Assembly (NCBI RefSeq): GCF_963921235.1
Contig: NC_086098.1
Span: 100,812,001-100,876,000 of the forward strand
DNA length: 64,000 bases
Source: Mobula hypostoma
Taxonomy: Eukaryota
Reading direction: 5' to 3'
This document shows, piece by piece, positions 36,905 to 50,476 of this stretch. The translations under genes were made by a program, and so were the position numbers. The notes under the pieces are model-generated. The model was given only the letters and a program-made list of their open reading frames with translations, was not told the origin of the DNA and searched no databases. Positions within the stretch are counted from its first letter, which is position 1; each line of letters begins with the position of its first letter.

Positions 36905-37705
36905 ACATTATTTCAGGACTCTTGAACTCAATCCCTAGCTAATGAAGGCCAACACACCATACGCTTTCTTAACCACTCAATCAACTTTCCACAACTTTGA
37001 AGGATCTATGTACTGTACATGAAACCCAGGATCCCTCTGTTACTCCACACTGTTAAGAATCTTCCCATTAGCCTGTATTTTGCTTTCAAGTTCATTCTGC
37101 AGACTTACTAACACATACTTCCATTTTCTCATCCAAGTCATTTGTAAAAATAAATCACAAAGAGCATAGGTTGCAGGGCAGAGCCCTGTGGAACACCACT
37201 GGTTACTATACTCCAAGCAGAATACAGTGTATCTAATATCACACTCAACCTTCTGTGGGTAAGCCAGTTCTGCATCCACATGGCCAAGTTTCCTTGGATT
37301 CCATGCCTCCTGAATTTTTTAATAGGCCTACAATGGGGAACCTTATTAAATACTTTACTAAAACCCATATACACCTCATCTGCTTCTCTATCTTCGTCAA
37401 TTTGATTTGTCTGATCTTTGAAATAATTGATCGGGCTTATAATGCCCTTCACAAAGCTATACAGACTTTCCCTAATCAGACTATGCTTCACCAAATACTC
37501 GTAAGCCTTGTCTCCAAGAATCCTCTGCAGTAATTTGCTCATCACTGGTGTAGGATTCACTGATCTATCATTCCCAGGATTATCCTTAATGCATTTCTTG
37601 AACAAAGCAAAACATTTCCCATCCTCCAATCTTCTGCTACTATCCCTGCACCCACTGAGGACACAAAGATCATCGCCAAAGACACATCAATCTCTTCCCT
37701 CACTT
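36905..37705 (-). mobile_element. Degenerate CR1 RT fragment
   Basis: ORF 37138-37629: DNPGNDRSV, VYMGFSKVFNKVPH, VTSGVPQGSAL. Confidence 0.88.
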
Positions 37706-37777
37706 CTTGTCCAGTCTTGAAGACTTACCTGTCCTATTTTGATTGCCTTCATTGCATTAACCCTTTTCCTTCCCAAA

Positions 37778-38365
37778 GGTGCATCACAATGGCATAGCTG
37801 TTCAAGCCAATACCTCACAACACCACTGTTCAAACCTGACTTTGGTTGCATCTTTTTCCTTGTTCTTCTTTTGCCCTGGTTTTCTCCCACATCCCAAAGA
37901 CGTGGGCCAATAGTTTGTTTTCATAGGCTGTGAATGAGTGGTAGGATCTAGGGAGCTGATGAGAATGTGGAAAGAATAAAGTGGGTTAGGGGAAGATTAG
38001 TCAAGTAGAATGGCACAGACTTGGTAGGCAAAATGGTCTGTTTCTTTGCTGTATTGCTCTTGGGCTCCAAAACCAGCTTACAACATTATCCTTTTTATTC
38101 AGATAATTTGTTTATTTGAGGATGGCACAGTAGCATAGCGGTTGGCATAATACTATTGCAGCACCAGTGACCCGGGTTCAATTCCTGTCACTCTCTGTAA
38201 GGTTACTGTACATTCTCCCCATGACTGTGTCTGTTTCTTTTGGGTGCTCTGGTTGCCATGCACATTCCAGACATGTGCGAGCTTGCAGGTTGATTGATCA
38301 GATGGGTGTTGTTAAGTGAAGCTGTCTTGTTGGGCAGGAAGTGCCTTTACTATATTGTATCTCTT
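37778..38365 (+). mobile_element. Two adjacent degenerate tRNA-derived SINEs (~37778-38060 and ~38122-38365)
   Basis: 'ggcacagtagcatagcggttggc...gacccgggttcaattcc' A/B boxes and V-SINE-like core. Confidence 0.7.
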
Positions 38366-39969
38366 TGCTTTTGTAGCCATGAATTGCAACAAGGATTCAG
38401 AGACCTATACTGCTCTGAATCCTAGATCAGCAATCAAGTTTGACTCCCATTTAGAAATTTCCATTTGATAGACTCTGAGCAGAAAACAGTTCTGCCTTAA
38501 AGAATAGTGAAAATGTATTGATAATCTTCCAATATTCATGAGCCCAGGAGATATTTGACTTGTTCCATCTTTGAAGAGTAACAATCAAAGCTTAAGTCAT
38601 CATTATAATAAACTATTGGGGTATTAGGTTTCTTTTGTTAAAGATACAGAAACAATGGAGTACAAAAAATATTGCTGTGGGGTCAGTCTTCTTGAATCTG
38701 AATCCATCTCCTCTGAAAGTACTACCTGAAATGATTCTTGGAATATGTTTTGTAGAGACTATGAACCATTCCATATTAAAAAGTTATGAAGGAGAACTAA
38801 AAACCTGTACTCATTGTGGTCTATCAAAGTCAAACTAAATTTATTATCAAAATATGTATATGTCTCCATATATCTACTTTTGAGTCTTTGGCGATGATCT
38901 TTGTGTCCTCAGTGGGCGCAGGAATAGTAGCAGAAGATTGGAGGATGGGAAATGTTTTCCTTTGTTCAAGAAATATACTTACGTGCTCTTCTTCCTGCAT
39001 TGTACTGTCTGGTGTGGTGCTCTTGGTAGTTATCATACATTTATATTGGAATGATCTTACTCTGGACTACCGAAAAGACATGTACAAAATCTAACCTGAA
39101 TCCATACAGCAGTATCCAACAAGGATGGCACTGTAATATCTCATTTGGAGTTACATCTTCCAACTGAGATTATACTGCCTTCCCAGTGAGATATCCGTAG
39201 TTTCTCAGGCAATTTCTCAATCAACAAAGCAATTTATCTGATGTTGTTTGTAGAAATTCATGTCTTATTACTATGTTTTCTAAAGAATAGCAATAGCTAC
39301 ATATCAATGTTGTGAATCTTTTACGCAAACTGCATCAACCTCTCCCTTCCTTGGTTTTACGGCTTCCAAAGTTCTCTTTTCTTGCTTGCAACATAGGGCA
39401 TATTAGTCTTTACATTCATTTCCCAATGTTTTTACCAAAGCTCATGATGGACCAATCTTTCTGTTTCACCAGCAAAGACTTTCCTTACTTTCAGATGCTA
39501 ACTTTGCCTTATGACTCAGCCCCTGCCATTCCAGTAAGCCTGACAGTGAAGCATCATAGAATGAAAAGGGAGCATCAGAATTGCTGGAGTCCATTTTACT
39601 ATACCAGGGTGAATATGATTCCAACTTCTTTGTAATCCCTAAAATTTTGATAGTATCTATCATCCAAAAGAAATGCCAGACATCTAAGCTGGAAATACTC
39701 AGCAACTCAGGCAGGATATGTGGAGAGAAAAATAGTTAATGCTCCAGATCCAAAATCCTTCCTCAGAACTCTCTTTATTCCAGATTCCACTATCTGTAAT
39801 TTTCTCTCAATCTCTGTTGTATTTGCTCTCCTCGGTAAATTGCTGTGGAATTATTATGAATTTCATATATTCTGTGTTGGTCAAATTAAATTATTTAACA
39901 GCTTCATTAATGCCGCGGAGAAAAGACATTCAGTTATATATTTGTGCACTGAAATTATCTTTTAAGCCA

Positions 39970-40145
39970 TATGACCATGAGTCTATAGGAGCTGAATCAA
40001 GGCATTTGGCCCACTGAGTTTGCCGTTCAGTCATGGCTGATCTATTTTCCCTCTCAACCTTATTCTTTTGCTTTCTCCCCGTAACCTTTGACGCTATTAC
40101 TAATCAAAAACCTATCAACTTCTGTTTTAAATATACCAAATAATG
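39970..40145 (-). mobile_element. CR1 3' end fragment
   Basis: Antisense CR1 tail, similar to 47265-47420. Confidence 0.65.
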
Positions 40146-41174
40146 TAAAGGTTAATGTACAGCAAAGCAGGATATTATGGCACAATATCTTCAAATTTTG
40201 ATTTAAGAACAAATTATACAGTTGTAAATATGTATACAGTACACCTGGACTATCATTGCTCTCATCTCATCTTGCAGAAGAAAACTCATTACACAGCCGT
40301 CCCTACAGTCAATGCCAGGACCCTCCAAACAAGAGGGAAAAAACATCTATGAACGAAATCCATTGGTAACTAATGTGAGTAATTATTTGGTTGCTATCTC
40401 CTAATTTATTAGCCATTAGTCATGGCTGGTCCCATAGCTTTTCATCAGTAAAGAAATGATTGGCTCATGGTACAGAAGTATGAATAGCTGAGAATGATTA
40501 ATGAGACTACAATTTACTCAGGAGGATTAAAATGACATCATAGACCATGAGTGATGAGCTCAAGCAGTTGATGAATCTCACATTAAACTAGCAATTATAG
40601 GGAAAATTCCATGTCCCTATGCTTCTGAAGAGGAGAGGTGGTACAGAGAATATTAATTGGTGAATATAGGTAAATTGTTAGACCTATCTCCAATCCATTT
40701 CAGATTTTACCCACTGCTTTCATGACTTGAGTCGTTCATGGGACTAATGTGATATTTTCATAGAAATTACCCTCCCAGTATTTCAAAACAGCAAATTTAA
40801 TGAAGCAATACATCATATGGCTCACACGTGATATAAAAATATAAACCATTGAAATTGAAAGCTACGGAAATCATTTATATGTAGAACATTTTGAAAACCT
40901 GCTGGACACTAATGCAGTTTTTTTTTGATATTTAATAATGACTGTACCTTACACTGATACAGTACCTCTAAAGCAGATATCCCTAATCAGATAAAAATAG
41001 ATGCCATGTAAACGAAAGTCAAACCATGAAGGAAAATTAGTATTCAAATATGGGCCAATTGGGCTTGGGTTTCAGAAACCTCAAAAACATGAAACATGAG
41101 CTAACTTGCTAACTTCTAAACTTTAGACAAAGATGAAAGCCAATTGTTAATTCATTTCCAGTGACTGGTCTTTA

Positions 41175-41740
41175 ATTCAAAATTCAAGATGCACGATGCA
41201 AGTTCCAAGATTCAAGATTGCTTATTGTAAAGGAGAACAAAATGATTTGTTACTCCAGATCTGATACAGCATAAAAACACAATAAATATAATTGTAAAAG
41301 TAATCCTATAAAACACCATGTATAAGTAACAGTTATATACATAGACTGATTGCATGTACATGAAGTGATGCTCGGTGATGTGCACCGTATGCAGTGGTGC
41401 TGGGGGATGGTAGGATGGGTTAATGAAGTGTCGATCAGCCTAACGGGTTGGGGGAAGTAATTGTTTTTGAGTCTAGTGGTCCTGGAGTGGATGCAGTGTA
41501 GCATCTTTCCTGATAGGAGTGGAATAAACAGTCCGTAAGCAGGGTGGGTCGGGTCTTTCCTGATATTGCTTTCCCAGCATCTTTCTGTATTTATGTCCTT
41601 GATGTTGTAGATCTGATGCCAGTGATGCTTTGGGCACTTTTAACTACGCATTGTAGAGTCCTCAGGTCCACTTCAGTTCAATTTCCTTTCTTCTACAGTG
41701 GTGCAGCATGTTAAGATGCTCTCAACTGTTCATCTGAGGA
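41175..41740 (-). mobile_element. Degenerate Rex1/Babar 3' fragment
   Basis: Minus frame IHSRTTRLKNNYFPQPVRLI and (tcttgaa)n tail. Confidence 0.7.
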
Positions 41741-41789
41741 AGGTTGGAATGTAAAAGTGTCAATGAGTCCGACAATTTGATTAAACCTA

Positions 41790-42480
41790 CTTTAACTGGA
41801 AAGTGGCTACTGTTGTTTCACTTTTTAAATAAGGTTAGGCAGAATAACCTAGGAAACCACAGGCTGGTTAGTCTGACACAAGTAGTGAAGAAGTAACTGG
41901 AGGGATTTCTGAGTGGAAGGATCTACAAGCATTTGGATATTCAGAGTCTGCTAAGAAGCAGTCAGCATGCTTTATGTATGGGAGGTCTTGCTTGATGAAA
42001 CATTTAGAGTTTTTTGAAGAAGTAACCAAAAAGGTAAGTGAGGGTGGGGCAGTGGATGTTGACTACTTGGACTTTAGCAAGGCTTTTAAAAAATGCCACA
42101 AGGTGGGCTGGTCTGGAAGTTAGGTCCCATGGAATTGATAGAGAGCTAATAAGGTGGATTCAAAATTGTCTCAAAGGTCAGAAGCAGAGAGTTGTGATCA
42201 ACAGTTGTTTCCTGGAATAGGGGTTGGTGACTAATGATGTGCTGAAGGGTTTGGTGTTGGGACCCTGGTTATTTATTATTCATATAAATGAATTGAGTGT
42301 GAATGCACAAGGCTTGATCAGTAACTTTGCAGATGACATAAAATTAGGAAGTGTTGTTGATAATGACAACGATTATCACAGATTACAAGGAAGATCAGGA
42401 TCAGTTAAGGAAGTGGACTGAGGAGTTGCAAATGGATTTCAATACAGATAAAAGTGATGTGAAAAGCTTAACCAGAGTTG
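41790..42480 (+). mobile_element. Degenerate CR1 RT fragment
   Basis: VDVDYLDFSKAF, WIQNCLKGQKQRV, GLVLGPWLF, SNFADD. Confidence 0.85.
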
Positions 42481-42675
42481 GACCTAACCTGCCCCATACT
42501 ACCGGAAATGATCCTAGCATCTTTCCTTCTGAATATGATGGTGCTGATCATCAGAGAAATAAATGATGGATATTATATGGAGGTGAATACTACACTCAGG
42601 AGTTGGAGATTAAACGTGAGTGAACAGATGGTAAGGATATGCAGTATTAAAGTGACATCACTCATACATTTACAA

Positions 42676-43927
42676 CAGGGGTCCCCAACCTTTTTTGCAC
42701 TGCGGACCAGTTTCATATTGAAAATATTCTTGCCGACTGGCCGACCCGGGGGGTGGGTAGGGTTGCCAACGGACAAGAGTAGCAGTCAAATACGTTGGGT
42801 TTACTCCGAGAAAGACTACAATGACCATGAAGCCTTGTGCGGGCACCAGTGCGCATGTGTGCACGTGCTGATTATTTTTCTACAAATCGTTTTTGGCGAT
42901 TCTGTTCGGGGGCGGGGGTGTTAATCACGACTGGAATGTCGGTGATAAGTGGCTAATACACTCAATTTCGTTTCTAAAAGGGTTTATCTAACAAATTTAA
43001 TATTAAACACACGGCGCATATTTTCCTCGCATGAATACAGTGATAAGTCAATTATCAGGGGAGGACAGGGGAGCTTGAAGTAAGTATTCAATGAACTTCC
43101 AGTAGAAGTGGTAGAAGCAGGTTCGATATGATAATTTAAAGAAAAATTGGATAGGTATATGGACAGGAAAGGAATGGAGGGTTATGGGCTGAGTGCAGGT
43201 CGGTGGGACGAGGTGAGAGTAGCGTTCGGCAAGGACTCGAAGGGCAGAAATGGCCTGTTTCCGTGCTGTAATTGTTATATGGTTATATAAGTCAATAGCA
43301 TCATAACATTCTAAGTAATGTTTGGATATTGAACACACAGCGCATATTTTCCCCGTATGAACATATAAAATCATTGCAATGCACCAATATTGCTGAATCA
43401 GTGGGAGCTCTGGGCTCAAGACGGTCCTATCGAGGGGTGATGGGAGACAGCAATACTCAAACGGGGTTCCTTATGTCCAGTCTATTCCACAATTTAGTTT
43501 TTGTTGTGTTCATCGCAGAGATACGTTGGAAATGGAAGCAACGTTTTCAGTGCTTTCGTGGCTATCTCAGGATACTTAGCCTTGACTTTGATCCAGAATG
43601 CCGGCAGAGATGTTATGTCAAACATACTTTTCAGCCCGCCGTCATTTGCAAGCTCGAGGAGTTGATCTCCTTCCCACGCTGACATGGACGTGTAATGACC
43701 TCGCGTGCATAATGGCTCAACAGTGGGCATGACAGAAAATGAGGAAAGGTGCAGCTGACTCCTATCACCAAATCATATTGTTTCCTCGTGGCCCGGCAGG
43801 GAATGAGGAAAGGTGCCACCCATGACAGGAAATGAGGAAAGGTGCAGCTGACTCATATTGCCAAATCATATCGTTTCCTCACGGCCCAGTAGCGCATGCT
43901 CTGCGGCCCGGTGGTTGGGGACTGCTG
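42676..43927 (-). mobile_element. hAT (Charlie/MER1-like) non-autonomous DNA transposon with transposase C-terminal remnant
   Basis: TIRs CAGGGGTCCCCAACC / GGTTGGGGACTGCTG. 8-bp TSD ATTTACAA / ATTTACAG. Minus ORF QLLELANDGGLKSMF..FWIKVKAKYPEIATKALKTLLPFPTYLC (hAT dimerisation domain). Confidence 0.93.
43090..43290 (+). mobile_element. CR1 3' fragment inside the hAT element; same subfamily as 11985-13750
   Basis: Highly similar to 13555-13750, including the tail 'gctgtaattgttatatggttata'. Confidence 0.9.
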
Positions 43928-45222
43928 ATTTACAGTATATAATTGAGATAATCTACTGATACTTTTCAAAACAGAAGAAACTGCCTCATATTAATTTTAA
44001 ATAAGGTAAAAGAAAATGGCTGCAATACTCAAGTGGTTAAAAGCTGGCATTCAGAATAAATGTATTAATAATTAATGTTTATTATTAATGTAAATATCTT
44101 TAATGCATGCAAATACAAATTAAGTTAAAACCACTTTCTATACTGCAGAATCAGATAGGCTGTGTATTGCCATAACTTCTGAATGCATTAAAAATAGATC
44201 TTCCTTTTCTTCCCCCTTGTTCATTCTGCTAAATTTTTAACTGTGTTCCTGACAATAGGAGATGCTTATTTACCTTATCTGAACCATTCATAATCTCATA
44301 AGAATAAAGAATCAAAATTTCCTTCTCAGTTCAAATGAGGTGTTTGGTGTCTGACCTGTAATAAATGCAGAGAATGGTTTGTAAAAGAAATGAAATTGAT
44401 GACGATTAATTCCTATTAAAATGCACAAAAAGAATGTTTCAAAGATGTGTTGACAATTATAAGAGTAAGGATAAACAGAGTTAATCACATATTATAGAGG
44501 ACATTTTGGATCTTGTACTCTTTCATTCAGGAAAGAACCATCTGGCAACAAAATAAATTGAAGTTTGAATTAATATTATGAAACTTTGTTTGATTGCCCT
44601 TTAGGATTGCAAAGAATATTTTTACCATCATTTATTTTCTTGGAGGTTTGCCTGTGAATAGTTCATCTACTTCATTATTTCAGTTTTCTTCAAATATTCC
44701 AAACTTCTTTTTCCTTCTGCCACTATCTTCAAAGATGCAACTAAGCCAATGATTAGTTAATATATTAAAGTATTCTATCAAAACCCATGTCATGGGAAAT
44801 GCCACATTTTTGTGCTACAGACATCTTTGATAACAGAAATAAGGCAGAAGTAGAAGCAGAATTTTACTACTGGAATCAAAGTAATGAAACTGCTGCCAAT
44901 TTGAGAAGCTATTTGATTAACATAGTGGTGCTCTATAAAATAAAAAGTAATATTTTGATAGATGAAGCTGTGTTAAGAGGGAACAAATATTTTGATAACA
45001 TTAACAGTAAATAACTAAAAGGATTACCTGTTTTGTTCCCCAATGACATGTTTATTTACAGAGACTCAAATGTGAAGATCGAAAATCAAATACCTTCATA
45101 GAATAAGATGCTTCTTTTCGGTGACTAAAGGTAGGCAGTTTGCTCCAAGATTTTTTTTCTCTTGAAAAATCACTGAGTTTTTTTAACTTTGGGGCAATTG
45201 GGAACCGGAGTCATAGACAAAG

Positions 45223-45274
45223 ATGAGTGATGGAATTATGACAAGACAGTGTCATAAGAGATATCCTTCAAAAT
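45223..45274 (+). CDS. Candidate first coding exon segment (MSDGIMTRQCHKRYPSK, phase 1); gene unidentified
   Basis: ATG at 45223, open to a GTAAGT donor at 45275, in non-repeat sequence. Phase is compatible with 57972-58061. Confidence 0.25.
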
Positions 45275-46149
45275 GTAAGTGCATGTCATTCAGTTTACTG
45301 TGGGACAGCTGCACCACCTTCATACTTCGAGCCCAGTAAAGTATTTCCAAGAGGTCACCATAGAAACAAGCTTTATGCTCTTGTCACCAAAGAAACAGAG
45401 GGAGCTGAATCATGTGTTAGTTTTGACTATTTGGAAAGCTGGATTATAAAATACATCAGACAATTGTGTGCAAGAGACCATATAAAATCATTCAAACATT
45501 TATTACTGAAGTGATTTAAAAAAACGCATCTCCTCAAAATGGATTGAAGTGGTACCCTGTACCTTTCCTTTGTTAAAAAGACAAATTCAGATAGAGTGAA
45601 GTGGGAGGGGAGAAGCACATTCTTCTGTCTATTTAAGAATCTTGTAGGTAACTGTTGTAAATTCTATTATTGATGTAATACCTAGTAATTACATTGCAAT
45701 TGTATAACTATGATTATAAATGATTGGTTCTTTGCACATAAAACACCTGATTTTTTTTTTCATTTATTTGTTTCTTTGTGTTGAGCACAAAATTGAAAGC
45801 AACATGCGTAATACTACATCCTGAGGAGGGTTCTGGCTAACTGTTATTTCCAGCGAAATTGGCCACTATACCAGAGTGGTTGCGTCTTGGGTTTGGTTTG
45901 AATCAATGAAGTGGGTGCACTTATTCAGTGGAGAAAGGAAAGTAGCTGTGATGTTTCTTGGAACAGTGAAGTTAATGAATGTTCTCAAGGTCAGGAAAAT
46001 ATTTTTGATATGAGTGAACAAGTACATAGAATAGAATAGACTAGAACTTTATTGTCATTGCTCAACAGGGAATTGGATGAGAAATCAGAAGGTATTGCTT
46101 GAAGGAAATTGGTAAAATGATATTTCTTTTAAGCAGAAGGCTATCTTGA

Positions 46150-46287
46150 CCCGTAAATGACGGGAGCAGACTCAACAGCAACCCGGCACGGATGGAAAGC
46201 GTACTCGGGAGCGGACCCAACTGGTTTCGAACCTGGGAACCTCTGCTCCTGGGTCCAGCACCGATGTTATTGCGCCACCAGCCGGCC
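46150..46287 (-). mobile_element. Short tRNA-derived SINE head
   Basis: Minus strand ggccggctggTGGCGCAATAA...caGGTTCGAAACC (A and B boxes), CpG-rich. Confidence 0.7.
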
Positions 46288-48084
46288 CACCTTGAAGATG
46301 TCAGGTTGGAAGGTAGGCTGCTCTGGATTAATAATATTGCATGACAATTTCTTTAAACCAAACTTTCTACATGAGCTCTGGGCCAATAAGAGTGAGAACA
46401 TTCCTTCTAAGACCTCTGTCATTGCCTCCACTGTGATCACTGGAAGCCCCCTGAGCCCTGTAATGCCTGAGTCTTCAACAACCCCAGCAAGCTTCAACCC
46501 CTGGGTTACTCCCTGATGATACTCAATGATACTTCCTAACCATTTGCTACTCACCTTGCCTCCCTTGGTTGCCTGTTGACTAATGAAAGTTACAGGAAAT
46601 ATTCAGGGCAAGTTGATGGTGAGGGTTAAAATCATCACTCTAATCCATACATTAAAATGAATGGAAAATATCCCATGTCATTTTATGAAAAACATCGATA
46701 CTGTCTCGTCGAGCAAGTAAATATTTTTCCCTTAACTGATTTGGCTGAAACAGACTTTCTGGTCATTTATCTTATTGCCCTCATTGGATCTCAACTCCTG
46801 GCAAGAAAAAATATAACTGGTCTATTTTAAAAGCTGAGCACACTTGCTTTCTGTGTGACTGATTTGTAGGTTAATGTTGGACGTCAATTTGGTTGTATTC
46901 TTATTACATTTTGACACAGCAGTTTAAAAGAACTCAGTGCTTTGTAGACCATTTCATAGAACATTGGGATTCAGCCATACTGTTGTGGGTAAGGAGACAC
47001 AAACAAGACAGATTGGAATAAAAAAAACTTGCTTTCCTAAAGGGATACTGGAGGACCATGATCTAGTAGGTTCATAATCATTATAAGTGAAGGGATTTTT
47101 TTAATCCGAAGGGTATTTAGTTGAATTTATATTTCACAATTTCCCTGGTGATGATGCAGGGACTTGAACCAAAACATTGGCTATTTCTTGCACAGGAGCT
47201 GCTCGATCTGATGATTGCAAATCAGTCGTCTGCTCCATCTATTAATCTCATTTAAGACCGTAAGATGAGACCATAAAACATAGGATTAGAATTACGCCAT
47301 TTCATCATAGCTGATCCAATTCTCCTCTCAGCCCCAATCTCCTGCCTTCTCCTCATATCCCTTCATTCCCTGACCAATCAAGTATCTATCAACCTCTGTC
47401 TTAAATATGCAAAAAGACTTGACCTCCACAGCTAACTGTGGCAAACAATTCCACAGATTCACCATCCTCTGGCTAAAGAAATTTCTCCTCGTCTCCATTC
47501 CAAAAGGATGCCCTTCTATTCTGAGGCTGTGTTCTCTAGTCTTACGCTCTCCCACCATAGGAAAAATCTTCTACACATCACTCTATCAAGGCCTTTCACC
47601 ATTTGATATGTTTCAAAGAGTCACCTCTTATTCTTCTGAATTCTAGTGAATACAGACCCGGAGCCATCAAACACTCTTCACATGACAAGCTATTCCATCC
47701 TAGAATATTTTGGCGAACCTCCTTTGAACCCTCTCCACATCTTTTCCAATATAAGGAATCCAAAACTGCTCACAATACTCTAAGTGCTTTATAAAGTTTC
47801 AACATTATATCCATGGTTTTATATTCTAGTTCTCTTGAAATTAATGCTAACATTGCATTTGGCTTCCTCACCACAGACTCAACCTACAAATTAACCTTTA
47901 GGGAATCCTGCACAAGGAGGACTTCCAAGTTCCTTTCAACCTCAGTTTTTTGTATTTTTTTCCATTTAGAAAATAGTCAACCCTTTCATTTCTTCTATCA
48001 AAGTACATGAGCATACATTTCACTACACTGTATTCCATTTGCCATTTCTCTGCCCATTCTCATTATCTGTCTGTCCTTCTGTAG

Positions 48085-48765
48085 TCAAAGGTCAAAGGTA
48101 CAATTTAATGTCAGAAAAATGTATACAATATACATCCTGAAATGCTTTTTCATTGCAACCATTCACGAAAACAGAGAAGTACCCCAAGAATGAACGATAG
48201 TTAAATGTTAGAACCCGAAAGTACCCCCCCCCCAGCTCCCCTCCCTCCCTTGCATAAGCGGCAGCGAGCAATAATACCCCTCCCTCCACCGGCAAAAGTA
48301 AAGAGCACCCGCCACCAGCACTCATTAATGAGCAAAGCAATAGCAAAGACACAGACTTGCAGTTACCCCAAAGACAACATTGTTCACCCGATAATTCGAC
48401 ACGCTGCAGGCTCTCTCTCTCCTAATAAGGGAGAAAGAGATGACTCCATTTTCCAATGAGCGGGGAGACATAACGAACAACTCACTAGTTTATGATTTTA
48501 AAAGTCCGTTACATTGCTTTTTCCGAGTTCTGTGCCTGAAGATCCTGGGTCCCCAGGCACACAGCAGATGTTCCGACTCTCCCAATGACACGTGGGTCTC
48601 CTGTGGCGACATCAACCCTTGATCCTCCTGTCTCCAGTTCCTTGAGATCCCAGGCTTCTGAATCTGAGCCGAAATCTTAGGCCAAGCCTTTGGCATGGTG
48701 AAAAGCGGCCGATTGTGGAACCCCGAAAGCAGGTCCCATTCCTGCAAAGAACCATAGTCAGCGTG
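48085..48765 (-). repeat. Unclassified interspersed repeat inserted in CR1; same family as 29955-30630
   Basis: Antisense of the shared 3' end with (tttgacc) tandem tail. CR1 sequence resumes at ~48766. Confidence 0.75.
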
Positions 48766-49223
48766 TCTCTCTACTTCCTCAACACCACTTTCCCCACCAC
48801 CTATCTTCATATCATCTGCAAACCTTGCTCCAAAGCCAACAGTTCCATCTTCCAAATCACATAATGCAAAAAGAATGGGTTGCAACAAAGACCCCTGTAG
48901 AATGGCAGCTAGTTAGAAAAGGCTGCCTTTATTCCAACCAGCCATTGCTTTATCCATGCTAGAATCTTTCCTGTACACTACGGGCTTGTAGCTTGTTTAG
49001 CAGCCTCGCGTATGGCACATTTTTAAAGGCCTTCTGAAAATCCAAATACATAACATCAACCAATTCTCCTTTGTCTATCCTCCTTGATATTCTTCAAAGA
49101 ACTCCGACAGATTTATCAGGCAAGATTTTCCCTTGAGGAAACAATGCCGACTATGCCCTATTTTATCATGTGCCTCCAAGTACCCTAGTGACTTCTGCAG
49201 TGAAGACTGATGCAAAATACTTT

Positions 49224-49410
49224 CAACACACACAAAATGCAGGAGGAACTCAGCAGGTCAGGCAGCATCAATGAAAAAGAGTACAGATGACGAAAGGTCT
49301 TGGCCTGAAACGTTGACTGTGCCCTTTTCGATGGATGTTGCCTTGTCTGCTGAGTTCCTCCAGCATTTGGTATGTGTTACCTGGATTTTCAGCATCTGCA
49401 GATTTGTTTG
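49224..49410. mobile_element. Third short palindromic PLE-terminus element
   Basis: Inverted arms meet at ~49285. 16-bp TSD TGATG(C/T)AAAATACTTT at 49208-49223 and 49411-49426. Confidence 0.88.
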
Positions 49411-50476
49411 TGATGTAAAATACTTTTTCAGTTCATCCTATATTGCATTACCATCTCATTACTACCTTTGCAGCATAATTTTCCAGTGATCCGATATTCA
49501 CTCTCACCTCTCTTTTACACTTTATATATCTAAAGAAACTTTTTGTATCCTCTTTAATATTATTTGCTAGCTTTCATATTCTATCCATACCTTCTTAATG
49601 ACTTAATGACTTATTTTAGTTGCCTTCTGTTAGTTTTTAAAAGCCTCTAACTTCCCATTATTTTTTACTCTATTATATCCCCTCTCTTTAGCTTTTATGT
49701 TGGCTTTGACTTCCCTTGTTAGCCATGGTTGTTTCATCATTCCCTTAGAATTCTTCTTCCTCTTTGAGATGTATATATCCCGTGCCTTCCAAATTGCTTC
49801 CAGAAATTCCAGCCATTGCTGCTCTGGCCTCACTTCTGCCGGGGTTCTTTTCCAATCAGTTTTGGCCAACTCCTCTCTTATGCCTCTGTAATTCCCTTTA
49901 CTCTGCTGTAATACTGATACATCTGAGTTTAGCTTCTACTTTTCAAATTTCAAAGTGAATTCAATTATATTATGATCACTTTCCCCTAAGGGTTTTTTTT
50001 ACCTTAAGGTCTCGAATCAGTTCTGGTTCATTGCACAACACCCAATCCAGAATAGCTGTGTGGGCTCAGCTACCAGCTGTTCTAAAAAGCCATCTCGTAA
50101 GCATTCTGGAAATTCAGCGCCAACCTGGTTTTCCCAATCTACCTGCATATCGAAGTCCCCCATGACTATTGTAACATTGCCCTCCATAAATTATTGCACC
50201 TTGCCCTCCATAAATTCTGCCAATTTTTATAGCACTCCAGCAATGATTACATTTTCTCCCTGTAGCAGCCAGAGAGTTGTCAAATATCCCAACAGGCAAT
50301 CGGGGGACATTCTGCTATAGAGAGAGAGAACTTGTGAGGTCTAACCCAGCTAGGTTCAACTACAGTAGGGAATGTTTAAAGATAAATTTAAATATATTAG
50401 TGATTTTTGGAAGTTGTAAAATTACACCAAAGTTGTGTAACAAAAAGCGACCTTGAAACAAAACTGTTAAATATTT

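Larger units (their letters stand above)
47265..50175 (-). mobile_element. Long degenerate CR1 LINE with two nested insertions
   Basis: ORFs 47328-47558 (FFSQRMVNLWN), 48490-48888 (RFADDMKIGG) and 49630-49869 (QPWLTREVK). Confidence 0.9.

Noticed and set aside
14885-39526. Small AG...GTAAG-bounded segments (~14885-14913, ~39488-39526) and short minus ORFs at 20480-20686 and 22292-22483
   Set aside because: Splice-like signals or ORFs of this size are expected by chance, and no peptide is recognisable.
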